The notes under the pieces are model-generated. The model did not search any database, was not told where the DNA came from, and saw only the letters and a program-made list of their open reading frames with translations. A stretch of DNA of 39,134 nt from Parasitella parasitica NRRL 2501. Taxonomy: Eukaryota > Fungi > Mucoromycota. The position numbers and the translations under genes are program-made. The stretch covers positions 83,313-122,446 of the forward strand of contig MU619247.1 in assembly GCA_025201805.1 (NCBI GenBank), given 5' to 3'. Every line of letters starts with the position of its first letter. Within the stretch, counting starts at the first letter, position 1. Below, in pieces: positions 11,901 to 23,400 of this stretch.

Positions 11901-14900
11901 TCCATTGCTTATGTTACCAAGGCAGTTGCTTTAGGCGATCTGTCAAAGAAAATTGAAGTAGAGTCCGGTGGCGAGATTCTGGAAGTAAAGAATATAGTCA
12001 ATAGTATGGTTGATCAACTCAATGTCTTTGCGTCCGAAGTATCTCGAGTGGCCCGTGAAGTTGGAACAGATGGCAAATTAGGTGGCCAAGCGGTTGTGCC
12101 TAACGTTGGCGGTACTTGGAAAGACTTGACAGAGAACGTCAATCATATGGCTGCCAATTTGACAAACCAAGTGAGATCCATTGCTGAAGTGACTAAGGCT
12201 GTAGCAAATGGGGATATGAGCAAGAAGATCGAAGTTGAGTCTGGAGGAGAAATCCTCGAGCTTAAGGACACTGTGAACAATATGGTAGACCAATTGCGTA
12301 TATTTGCTTCAGAAGTAACTCGGGTGTCCAAGGAAGTAGGAACTGAAGGAAAATTAGGCGGCCAAGCAGTCGTTCAAGGCGTCGCGGGTACCTGGAAGGA
12401 TTTAACAGACAACGTCAACATGATGGCCGCAAATTTAACGACTCAGGTGCGGTCCATTGCAGAAGTAACGGAAGCTGTTGCGCTTGGCGATCTTTCCAAA
12501 AAAATTGATGTGGAGACTCGAGGCGAAATTCTAGATTTAAAGAACATTGTCAACGACATGGTTGATCAGCTACGAATCTTTGCCTCTGAAGTGACTCGCG
12601 TATCAAAAGAAGTAGGGACAGAGGGTAAACTTGGTGGACAAGCCGTCGTGCAGGATGTCGCTGGTACATGGTTCGAGCTTACAAGAAGTGTCAACATCAT
12701 GGCTGCCAACTTGACAAATCAAGTCAGATCCATCGCTGAAGTAACAAAAGCTGTCGCACTTGGAGATCTTTCTAAAAAGATTGAAGTTGAATCAGGTGGC
12801 GAAATCTTGGAGCTGAAGAACATTGTCAATGATATGGTAGACCAGCTCCGTGTATTTGCTTCTGAGGTCACTCGTGTAGCAAAGGAAGTGGGGACCGAGG
12901 GCAAGCTGGGCGGCCAAGCAGTCGTGCAAGGCGTAGCGGGTACCTGGGAAAGTCTGACAGACAATGTGAATATCATGGCTGCCAATTTGACAGATCAAGT
13001 TCGATCTATTGCCGAAGTTACCAAGGCTGTTGCCCTCGGTGATCTTTCTAAAAAGATCGAGGTCGAATCAGGTGGTGAAATCTTGGAATTGAAGAATATT
13101 GTCAATAGCATGGTTGATCAATTGAATGTGTTTGCGTCAGAAGTATCTCGCGTAGCCAAGGAAGTAGGCACTGACGGTAAACTGGGTGGACAAGCTGTTG
13201 TTCCAAATGTTGGTGGTACCTGGATGGACTTGACAGACAATGTGAATCAAATGGCTGCCAATCTCACGTCGCAAGTGCGTTCTATTGCTGAGGTAACAAA
13301 GGCTGTGGCTCTGGGTGACCTGTCCAAAAAAATTGAGGTTGAGTCAGGCGGTGAAATCCTTGAATTGAAAAACATTGTCAACAGCATGGTTGACCAGTTG
13401 AACGTCTTTGCGTCCGAAGTGTCACGAGTAGCTAGAGAAGTAGGCACCGATGGTAAGCTCGGTGGTCAGGCCGTTGTGCCAAATGTCGATGGCACTTGGA
13501 TGGACCTTACGGATAACGTAAACCAAATGGCAGCCAACCTCACATCGCAGGTGCGTTCTATTGCTGAGGTTACAAAAGCTGTAGCTCTTGGTGACTTATC
13601 AAAGAAAATCGAGGTCGAGTCTGGCGGTGAAATCTTGGAAGTAAAGAACATTGTCAACAGTATGGTCGACCAATTAAACGTATTCGCGTCTGAAGTATCT
13701 CGAGTTGCTCGCGAAGTAGGGACTGACGGTAAACTAGGTGGTCAGGCTGTAGTTCCAAACGTCGGGGGCACTTGGATGGATCTTACTGATAACGTGAATC
13801 AGATGGCTGCCAATCTTACATCGCAAGTGCGTTCTATCGCAGAAGTGACAAAGGCTGTAGCTCTCGGTGATCTGTCAAAGAAAATTGAGGTGGAGTCAGG
13901 TGGCGAAATCTCTGGATTGAAGAATACTGTAAATGACATGGTGGACCAGCTGAATGTGTTTGCATCTGAAGTATCTCGTGTAGCTAGAGAAGTGGGTACC
14001 GAAGGTGAATTAGGCGGCCAGGCGATTGTACCCAATGTTGGTGGCACTTGGATGGACTTGACTGACAATGTTAATCAAATGGCGGCAAATTTAACCACTC
14101 AGGTTCGGTCTATCGCTGAAGTTACAAAAGCAGTTGCGTTAGGTGATCTTTCAAAGAAAATCGAGGTGGAATCAGGTGGAGAGATCTTGGAGCTGAAGAA
14201 TATTGTGAACAGTATGGTCGACCAACTAAATGTGTTTGCGTCTGAAGTATCTCGTGTAGCTAGAGAAGTCGGAACAGAGGGCAAACTAGGCGGCCAAGCT
14301 GTTGTACCCAACGTCGATGGTACCTGGATGGACCTAACAGACAATGTAAATCAAATGGCTGCTAATTTAACCTCTCAAGTGCGTTCGATAGCCGAAGTTA
14401 CCAAGGCTGTGGCTCTGGGTGATCTTTCCAAGAAAATCGAAGTGGAGTCTGGCGGCGAAATCCTCGAATTGAAAAATATTGTCAATAGTATGGTGGGTCA
14501 GCTCAACGTGTTTGCTTCTGAGGTATCTCGCGTGGCAAAGGAGGTGGGTACTGATGGCAAACTTGGGGGCCAAGCTGTTGTGCCTAATGTCGGTGGTACT
14601 TGGATGGATTTGACAGATAATGTGAATCAAATGGCTGCAAACCTTACCTCTCAAGTGCGTTCCATCGCTGAAGTGACCAAAGCTGTGGCTCTGGGCGATT
14701 TATCAAAGAAAATTGAGGTCGAGTCCGGGGGAGAAATCTCTGAGCTCAAGAATACAGTAAACGACATGGTGGATCAATTGAATGTGTTTGCTTCAGAGGT
14801 GTCTCGGGTGGCAAAAGAAGTTGGCACTGAAGGCAAGCTGGGCGGCCAAGCAGTCGTCAAGGGCGTCGCTGGTACTTGGAATGAGCTGACTGATAATGTC

Positions 14901-17616
14901 AACATCATGGCTGCTAATTTGACATCCCAAGTTCGTTCGATTGCAGAGGTAACCAAAGCCGTTGCTCTTGGTGATCTGTCCAAGAAGATCGAGGTGGAGT
15001 CTGGTGGGGAGATATCCGAATTGAAGAACACTGTCAATGATATGGTGGATCAACTTCGCGTATTTGCTTCAGAAGTGACTCGTGTAGCAAAGGAAGTGGG
15101 CACTGAAGGCAAGCTAGGCGGACAAGCCGTTGTTAAGGGTGTTGCCGGCACTTGGAATGAGCTGACGGACAATGTCAACATTATGGCTGCCAATCTAACT
15201 ACTCAAGTTCGCTCCATTGCCGAAGTAACCAAAGCTGTAGCCAGCGGTGACATGAGCAAGAAGATTCATGTTGAAACTCGGGGCGAAATATTGGAACTAA
15301 AGATTACTGTGAACAGTATGGTGGATCAGCTGCGAGTTTTTGCATCTGAAGTTACTCGTGTTGCTCGGGAGGTTGGCACCGAAGGTAAATTAGGTGGACA
15401 AGCTACAATCGTTGGAGTGGATGGTACCTGGAAAGACCTGACGGACAATGTCAATCTCATGGCTTGCAATTTGACCGACCAGCTACGTTCGATTGCTGCT
15501 GTTTGCAAAGCTGTTGCGCAAGGTGATTTATCCAAGAAAATCGAAGTTGAAGTACACGGTGAGATCGCTGAATTGAAGAATACTATAAACACCATGGTAG
15601 ACCAATTGAGTTCATTTGCCTCTGAGGTAACAAGAGTTGCCAAAGAAGTCGGTACTGAAGGTAAACTAGGCGTGCAAGCCCAAGTTGAGGATATCGAAGG
15701 TCTCTGGAGAGACATTACCAGCAATGTTAATACCATGGCGTCCAATCTCACTACTCAAGTTCGTGCTTTTGCTCAAATTTCTGCTGCTGCGACAGAAAAT
15801 GATTTCTCTCGCCTCATCACTGTAGAAGCTTCTGGTGAAATGGATTCTCTCAAGACCAAGATCAATCAAATGGTGAATTCGCTGCGTGATGCAATCCAAA
15901 AGAACAGACAGGCTAGAGAAGCAGCCGAACTGGCAAACCGTTCCAAGAGCGAGTTTCTGGCCAACATGAGTCACGAAATCCGCACGCCCATGAATGGTAT
16001 CATTGGCATGACATCGTTAACATTGGAAACCGAGTTAACTCGCCAGCAAAGAGAAAACCTAATGATTGTTTCCAGTCTTGCAAACAGTCTGCTGAGCATC
16101 ATTGATGATATCTTGGATATTTCCAAGATTGAAGCTGGTCGTATGACAATCGAATCAATCCCATTCTCACTTCGCTCTGCCATTTTCAGCGTCCTCAAGA
16201 CCTTGGCCGTCAAGGCAAATCAGAAGAAATTAGACTTGATTTACAATGTGGATAGTGCCATTCCTGATCAGTTGATTGGCGACGCTCTCCGTCTAAGACA
16301 AGTGATCACTAATCTCATCGGTAATGCTGTCAAATTCACAACCCAGGGCGAAGTTTCTCTAGAAACCAAGGTGGTGAGTATTGAGGGGGATAGTGTTATT
16401 GTCGAACTTTGTGTTCGAGACACTGGTATTGGAATTCAAGAAGACAAGCTGAATGTCATATTTGATACGTTCTGCCAAGCGGATGGTTCAACAACGTAAG
16501 TATTAGTTGATATGCATCTACCGAATGAACGTCTAATATGATGATATATAGTCGTGAATATGGTGGCACTGGACTTGGCCTGTCCATTTCCAAGCATTTG
16601 GTGCAGCTAATGGGAGGTGATCTGTGGGTAACATCGATGTATGGCCGTGGATCGCAGTTCTACTTTACTCTCAACTTCAAGACATACCCCAAAGAGCAGC
16701 ATGATGCATTTGAAAAGATGAAGCGCTTCAAAGGACGCAATATTTTGTTCTTGGATGGTAATGGTGATCAAATGGAGGTAGAGACAAAACTGAAAGAACT
16801 TGGCTTGAATCCGTTCCGCGTTACTGGCATCTCTGAAGGAGTAAACATAACCAATCTGGTTGTGTCTCAATCTCAAAACAGCAAGCAAACACCTATATTT
16901 GATACAGTTCTTGTAGACAATATGACCTATGCTGAGAAGATTCGCGAGGCAGTTCATTTGCGTTATACGCCCATTATTCTCATTGCTCCTGAAATTCATC
17001 GCCTCAACATGAAATTATGCATTGACCTGGGCATTACAGGCTACATGAATTCCCCTGTCAGCTTATCCGATCTTGCTTATACTCTTTTACCAGCACTTGA
17101 GAGTAATTCATCATTGCCAAGTGATTCAGCTATACCCGTTCCATTGGAAATTCTGCTGGCAGAGGATAACATTGTGAATCAGAAGTTAGCAGTGCGCATT
17201 TTAGAAAAGTTTGGGCACAAGGTTAAAATCGTCTCTAATGGAAAATTAGCTGTTGAAGCATTTGAAATCAACACTTATGATTTAATCTTGATGGATGTGC
17301 AAATGCCTATCATGGGTGGTTTTGAAGCGACTCAAAAGATTCGTGAGATCGAACACAATTCTGGCACTGGCTCCCATGTTCCGATTATTGCTTTGACTGC
17401 ACATGCCATGATCGGTGATCGTGAAAAGTGTCTACAATCTGGCATGGTATGACCTGTTTATATTTTTTGAATTGCCGTGTACTAAGTTTATATATACAAT
17501 AGGATGAATATGTTACCAAGCCCTTGCGATTCCCCGAGTTGATTGCAGCTATAAAGAAATTTGCTCCTCAATCTGCTCATGCTATGCTCATGCATAAACC
17601 TAACAAAAAACGCTAA
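8911..17616 (+). CDS. NIK1: Group III (NIK1/OS-1-type) hybrid histidine kinase with about 22 tandem 92-aa HAMP units (6 exons)
   Basis: Repeated GKLGGQA...[29 protein letters not shown]-box [16 protein letters not shown]-box [11 protein letters not shown]1 DTGIGI, G2 GGTGLGL, then a degenerate receiver and a canonical receiver (LAEDN, LMDVQMP, KP). Introns approximately 9419-9522, 10242-10301, 10569-10628, 16496-16551, 17447-17502; stop TAA 17614-17616. Confidence 0.95.
9740..15900 (+). repeat. Coding tandem array, 276-nt (92-codon) poly-HAMP unit
   Basis: 19 units counted in the long exon plus 3 in the two preceding exons. Protein copies are near-identical while third codon positions differ. 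Boundaries approximate. Confidence 0.92.
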
Positions 17617-18916
17617 ATGATAGTTTGCTGTAAATGGTCTTTTCATGTAATATATCCCATTCTTCTTGAATAAAAAAGCTTATAGTGTCGTGGAGCTAGT
17701 TATTCAAAATATATATATATATATATACTTCAATACGGAATTATGCATATTTTCGTATAAAAGCTTATGTTTGTTCTATTGTGATATAGCTTAGTTGCTG
17801 CGCAATCAGTTTGGGAAGAAGTAAAAGTAAATATGGGGCAATTAAATTGGATTTTTAGCTTAGATATATACTAATGCATAAGGTATTTAGGAAAGTGGCT
17901 CCAACAGACAAGTAATGCTAGTAGATCTAGGGGATTTATGTTTTGAAAATACATTCGATCTCTCAAAAAGCTTTGATATGTTTTTTGAAGGATTAAAATT
18001 ATAATAAACTTAGAGGAGCAATTTTGAAAAATATTTATAAATGTAGAGTGTTCAAAACGACATTTTGGCCAATGACAAGTTGTATTTATGAATCCAGAGA
18101 AGCTATACAAAAAAAATACAAATTTAGCCTTCGTCGACCTTAAAAGCATCAATATGAAGACATTCGAATATAAAAGAGCGAAGAACCGAGATCTAACCTG
18201 GAAAACTTGGCATTGACTTGGCGCTATCTGGCAACAACATTGGTTTTCATGTTTTTGTTGATTTCTATAAAATTACCAGATGATATCACAAATTAACATA
18301 TCAGAATTGCATATAATAGATGATAGGCTGCCATAAAGAGCAAAATAAACACTGTCTTATGCGCCATAAGAACAGGCATGATCATCGCTATTTGAGCATA
18401 ACTTGGGTTCCATTGGGCAACGTCTCTAACAAAAGTTATATGCAAAAACACTTTTTTTTATGTCGGAGTTTGAAATGTGATATCACGTGCGTGGTGGAGT
18501 TTAAAATCATAGGCCATTTGCAGCATAGTATTATGATGATGGATGTTGCTGTAGTAGATGTTACAGCTATTAAATCAATATAAACTTATTTGAAGAAACT
18601 TGATATGAGATTAAGAAATTGATTTCAGCATGGATAGATAATTATATAGTGTATTTTTTCTTGTAATTATACAAAATCAAATTTGATTTTCATAAATAAC
18701 GAAAAAGTTCGCTCATTGTACATCTATAGATGAAAATACCGATATCTATAAAGTTATCAAGTGTGATGTGTCAATTTCTCAACCGGAAAGCAATCTCAAG
18801 TAAACTCAATCCTGAATGTAATAAGAAACATATCCCAATGGATCATGTTCCATATTCATAGCTCAACATGAGTTCATGGACAATAGATACAATATCTATC
18901 GTTCCATTCTTAAATC

Positions 18917-19318
18917 TGATCTGCCATAATTATAGACAGGAGATCATGGCAATGTACTTCAATTGAAGATTGAAGATTGTCAAATGATGTGATGTGATAC
19001 GCTTGTGTAAATTAGAGGATAAAGTCTCTGTTTCAAATCAAGAAGGTTATTCCTGCTGTAGGTAACACAGATCTGAGCACCAGGATAAAGGTCAAGGCAC
19101 TGTCAGATCAAAGACGTGTAGCTCTTGTTGTATAACCTCATATCGTACCCTGTCAAGTAGATTGTCACTGTGAATTAGTCTTGTCAATTATTAATCTAAA
19201 AAAGTCACCATAAAGTTATGTAGCTGTAAAAAGTATAAATAGCAGATGCAATTTCGATCTTAAATAAAGTATCGTATCTCGTTAACATTTGGTTTTTATT
19301 ATCTTTTTTAACCCAACA
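18917..19318 (+). mobile_element. Possible solo LTR
   Basis: TG...CA ends flanked by AAATC on both sides (18912-18916, 19319-19323); TATAAATA at 19234-19241 followed by AATAAA at 19263-19268. The termini are only minimally inverted. Confidence 0.3.
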
Positions 19319-19642
19319 AAATCACACCATGTCTCACACTTAAGCATTATTCCCCCATCAGTTCACCTAGATTTGCTAGTTTATATACCATCATATTTCC
19401 ATAAAATAAGCGAGATTTTTACCTGATTAATTTACAGCCGTTTTATTTCAATAATTTTTCATTCTGATAAACAAAAGAGAAATGAAACGGTAGTAAATTG
19501 TATAGCGTGATATAAAATTTCTGTAATTAATCATCCAAGTAATGTCATATATCACAATCAAACTGACAATGTTAAAAGAAAGTAGGTCTGCACTACAGTA
19601 TCGTTTTATTAAGCGTACAGCTACATGCCTCAGGTTATAATT

Positions 19643-21754
19643 TTAAAGCTTGCTATCTTTTATCAATTCAACTACAATATCACCACCATCAATCAAATCG
19701 TTGGGAGCTGCATAAATTGTCTTTACTGTCCCAGCAGCAGAGGCTTGAATGACGGTTTCCATCTTCATGGCGCTCATTACAAATAACTGTTGACCTGGAG
19801 CAACTAGATCTCCTTCTTTAACATTGATCTCAACCACCATACCTGTTACAGGAGATCCAATATCTGTAAGAGTACGAGGATTTGCCTTGCGACGCAAAGT
19901 AGAAGAGGCGCCAATTGCCGATTTACGAGTCAAAGCAATTGAGACAGGATTTTGCATGGAAGGGAAAGAGGTTTGAATTTGCGCAATAAATGCATCAGGA
20001 AAATTGTTAGTCGAGATGGAATCAATCTGAAGGGAGTGGACAGATTCAATAGTGCTTGTTTCCAAGTTACTGATTTCAATATTGAATGCATCTCCTGGTT
20101 TGAATTGGACAGATGTGGGAGCTATGGCTGCTGTTGTTCTTGAAATAGAGTCTTTCATGCTAGTTTCCAGTCTTTTGTGCGAGGATTTTCCTAGCTGAAT
20201 TGTTGCATCTATCAAGCTATCCATTTTTTCTTCGAGTGATTTGATGTGGACGTGCGATAATTGATCCCCAATGAAGGATTGGTCTGAAATGACGGCAATC
20301 AAGAATTGAATATTCGTTTCTACGCCCTCGATAACAGTATTTAGAAGAGCATGACTCAATTTGGACAAAGCATCTTGGTAAGATTGACCAGTGACAATTA
20401 TCTTGGCCAGAAGCGAGTCGAATGTCTATCAGAAGGCGCATCAAGGGGCTTTTTAGTGCCAAGTCAAATATACAGTTTCGCCAATATTTCTTACGGGGAG
20501 GACAACACACCCAGGTTGAATCCATGTATCAACTCGGATACCGTGGCCCTGAGGAAAATAAACCGTGTTTATTTTGCCCACCGAAAGCATATTGTTGTTG
20601 AGAGGGTTTTCAGCAACAACTCGTGCTTGGATGGAAACAAGTCGGCTGGGCTGAATTGCATCTTGTAAGAGGCCTAAATGTTGTAAACTTTCACCCAAAG
20701 CAACTCTGATTTGTGTTTGGACAATATCAACATGAGTAATTTGTTCTGAAATAGTGTGTTCTACTTGAATACGAGGATTTACTTCTAAAAAGTAAAATTC
20801 GCCTTTATCGGGAAGAACAAGAAACTCAACTGTTCCAGCAGAGTTATACTGAATATACTTTGCCAATTGAATAGCTGCATGATGAATTTTATCTCGAAGT
20901 TGCGTAGATAGACAAGGACAAGGGGCAACCTATTAAAAAGGTATTATGTTGACATTGCATGCAAAGATAACCTTTGAAAAATCTTTCTACATATACATAG
21001 ATATTTACCTCTAATATCTTTTGATAGCGCCTTTGAATTGAGCAATCTCTTTCAAAGAGATGAGTGACATTTCCATAATTATCACCAATGATTTGAACCT
21101 CGATATGTTTAGCACCTGTAATAGCTTTTTCAATGAAAACTTGCTTGGAGGGAGACTCATTGATGCATCGTGTAAGAGATTCAGGCACCTCGTTGGCATT
21201 GTGCACCATTCTAATTCCTCTGCCGCCACCTCCATCACGAGCTTTCAGCATGACAGGATATTCAAATTTATCTGCAAAATCAAAGACTTGTTCAGGGGTA
21301 GAAATGGATTCTTCTGTACCGGGAATCACAGGTACACCTGCGGCTTTGGCAACCTGACGAGCAGATACCTTATCGCCAACTGAAGAGATGCATGCGGCGG
21401 AAGGGCCAATGAAAAGAATTCCAGATTCCTTGCATTTGTTTGCTAAATCTGTAGATTCAGACAAGAATCCGTAGCCTGGGTGAATTGCAGTTGCATGAAC
21501 ACTAGTTATTCGTGAGAATACGTGACATTATAGCAATTCTGACATTATGATTACCTCTTTGCTGCATCGATGATCTGTTGAGGGTGCAAGAATGACATAT
21601 TATTGGCCAACTTGATAGATTCATGGGCATTCAGACAATGGGATTTGTCTTGATCATCAGCATAAACAGCGACTGTCTTGAGGCCTAGTTCAATTGCTGC
21701 TGTTATGATACGGATAGCAATTTCGCCACGGTTAGCAACTAGTATTTTTGTCAT
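19643..21754 (-). CDS. Biotin-dependent carboxylase subunit: biotin carboxylase + linker + biotinyl carrier; pyruvate-carboxylase-like but without a CT domain (4 exons)
   Basis: KILVANRGEIAIRI, HPGYGFLSE, GGGGRG, ERDCSIQRRYQK, EVNPRIQVEH and FDSLLAK are present; the C-terminus is RKANP...IGSPVTG...SAMKMET. Frame changes are explained by GT-AG introns. Confidence 0.9.
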
Positions 21755-21868
21755 TGTAACTGGAGAAAGGTATAATGAAATGCATTTTTATTTCGTCTAT
21801 TAAATATAGGCATTGTGTGTAATTTACTTGACTCAGCACTCTCAATTGTTTTCCCCACGGAGCACTGG

Positions 21869-22330
21869 TTAAAACCAAGACTTTAAATATGAAAATACCG
21901 ATATAGAATTGGACGCAAACCCCACAAGAATACATTTTAAGCCATCTACAGCCGACTGAAATATGGATAGTGTTCGATGTATCTGTAGTATAGCGAATGC
22001 GAGGACTAGCAGAGATAGAGCAACAAGAGACATGAAGCCATACACTTGTGATGGCGGCAATACGATTAGTTGTTGCACTATGGATGTTGCTATGGGGTTT
22101 GATGCATTATTGCTGCTGCCATATAAATGTGTCGTGGTTGATATCGTGATGGGCACACTCATTGTGAATAAACTTCCTACTGTGTTCGTTTGCTGCTGCA
22201 TCACTATTTCATTAGCTTTGCTTTTCTTTCTCCAAAATTTCTTTCGTAAGAATGGCTCTGTGTGCACTGCAGCCGCCTTCTCCTTGTGAAAGTAGTCTTT
22301 AAATTTAGTCAGTTGCGCTTTGAAACTCAT
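21869..22330 (-). CDS. Hypothetical small membrane protein
   Basis: About 153-aa ORF from MSFKAQ with a basic N-terminus and a hydrophobic segment (VYGFMSLVALSLLVLAFAILQI). No family recognised. Confidence 0.5.
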   Translation of the reverse strand: MSFKAQLTKFKDYFHKEKAAAVHTEPFLRKKFWRKKSKANEIVMQQQTNTVGSLFTMSVPITISTTTHLYGSSNNASNPIATSIVQQLIVLPPSQVYGFMSLVALSLLVLAFAILQIHRTLSIFQSAVDGLKCILVGFASNSISVFSYLKSWF

Positions 22331-23335
22331 ATTGGTATTCTCTTTTGGTATGATATTATCTCTTGGAAGTAAACGACTGATCCTACAGTTTTTTTTCAGT
22401 TTGCTCCCCACAAACAAGATCCATAGTAAAACTCAGTCTGGAATTAGGTTTCGACAACTGCAAAACAGCACCTTCTTTCTGCAATGGCGGCATGTACGTC
22501 ATCGTTTTTAGGATGAAGTTCAAGATCAATCTTAAGCTGGTCTGTGAGCTTTGGCTTTGTGCCAAATGACGTTACTCGCCATCTTACCTGTAATCGCTTC
22601 TACATATCCACTTTCAGCGTCTGCAATAACTGGTGAGCTCAATCGATATCTCAGCTTTGAGGTCTAACATGAAGTTAACAGCAGCAATGTCCGTGCAACA
22701 AAGGACTCAGTATACCAGTTCCTTGACATTAGTTGCATACTGAGTGCCTCTCGTCCAAAAATGTTTCGATGGATGGTGGCCCCCAATTTTTGATAAATGT
22801 TGGCTATTCAGAGCAGCTCCTCTGGATGTATGAGCCTCTGCGTTGGTGGTCATTATAAGCACAAAGCGCGATACAATCAAATGCATAATGGTCCTTTTAA
22901 TCTCACCGCCACAAACATTCACGAAAACAAAACAAATTCCTGGCTGTTTTTAGCTATAATCAGTTGCTGACCTAAACAGCTACAAGCTGGAAATATCTAT
23001 CGACAGCAGCTTGCTACTTTGGGGAGCGGCAGAATATCTCCAATGGCATCTAGGGAGGGGAGGGGGGGGGGCTGTTTCGATTAACAAAATAAAGCTAATT
23101 TTGTACGAATGACTACCTCTTGAGCGACATGTACTTTGAGCCGTAGTTTTTGTGATAATTGATTAAAACCGGTACACTGTAGGCATTATTGATTTGTAAA
23201 AAGTGGGTACAATCGGCAACCAAATTTGAGCGGCGTATTTGACATTTGGCTGGTGGAAAGCACGAATCACCTTGAGCTGAATTGCGCCAAGTACCATTAA
23301 AGACACTATGGGGTCTATGCTTTAGAGTTGTTTCA

Positions 23336-23395
<60 letters not shown>

Positions 23396-23400
23396 TCAAC

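Noticed and set aside
9740-15900. Array as a CRISPR-like repeat or an assembly artefact
   Set aside because: Continuous in-frame coding repeats without unique spacers; each unit has distinct synonymous codons.
10698-16999. Many repeated minus-strand ORFs (e.g. [10 protein letters not shown]...) opposite the kinase
   Set aside because: Antisense shadows of the repetitive HAMP coding frame with no independent coding signal.
20217-21754. Carboxylase as a frameshifted pseudogene
   Set aside because: GT-AG introns restore a continuous frame (e.g. VVLP|TFDSLLAK).
23337-23394. Poly-T run as a coding poly-Phe signal anchor for GT10
   Set aside because: No open upstream ATG frame was found, and similar homopolymers are common in non-coding parts of this window.
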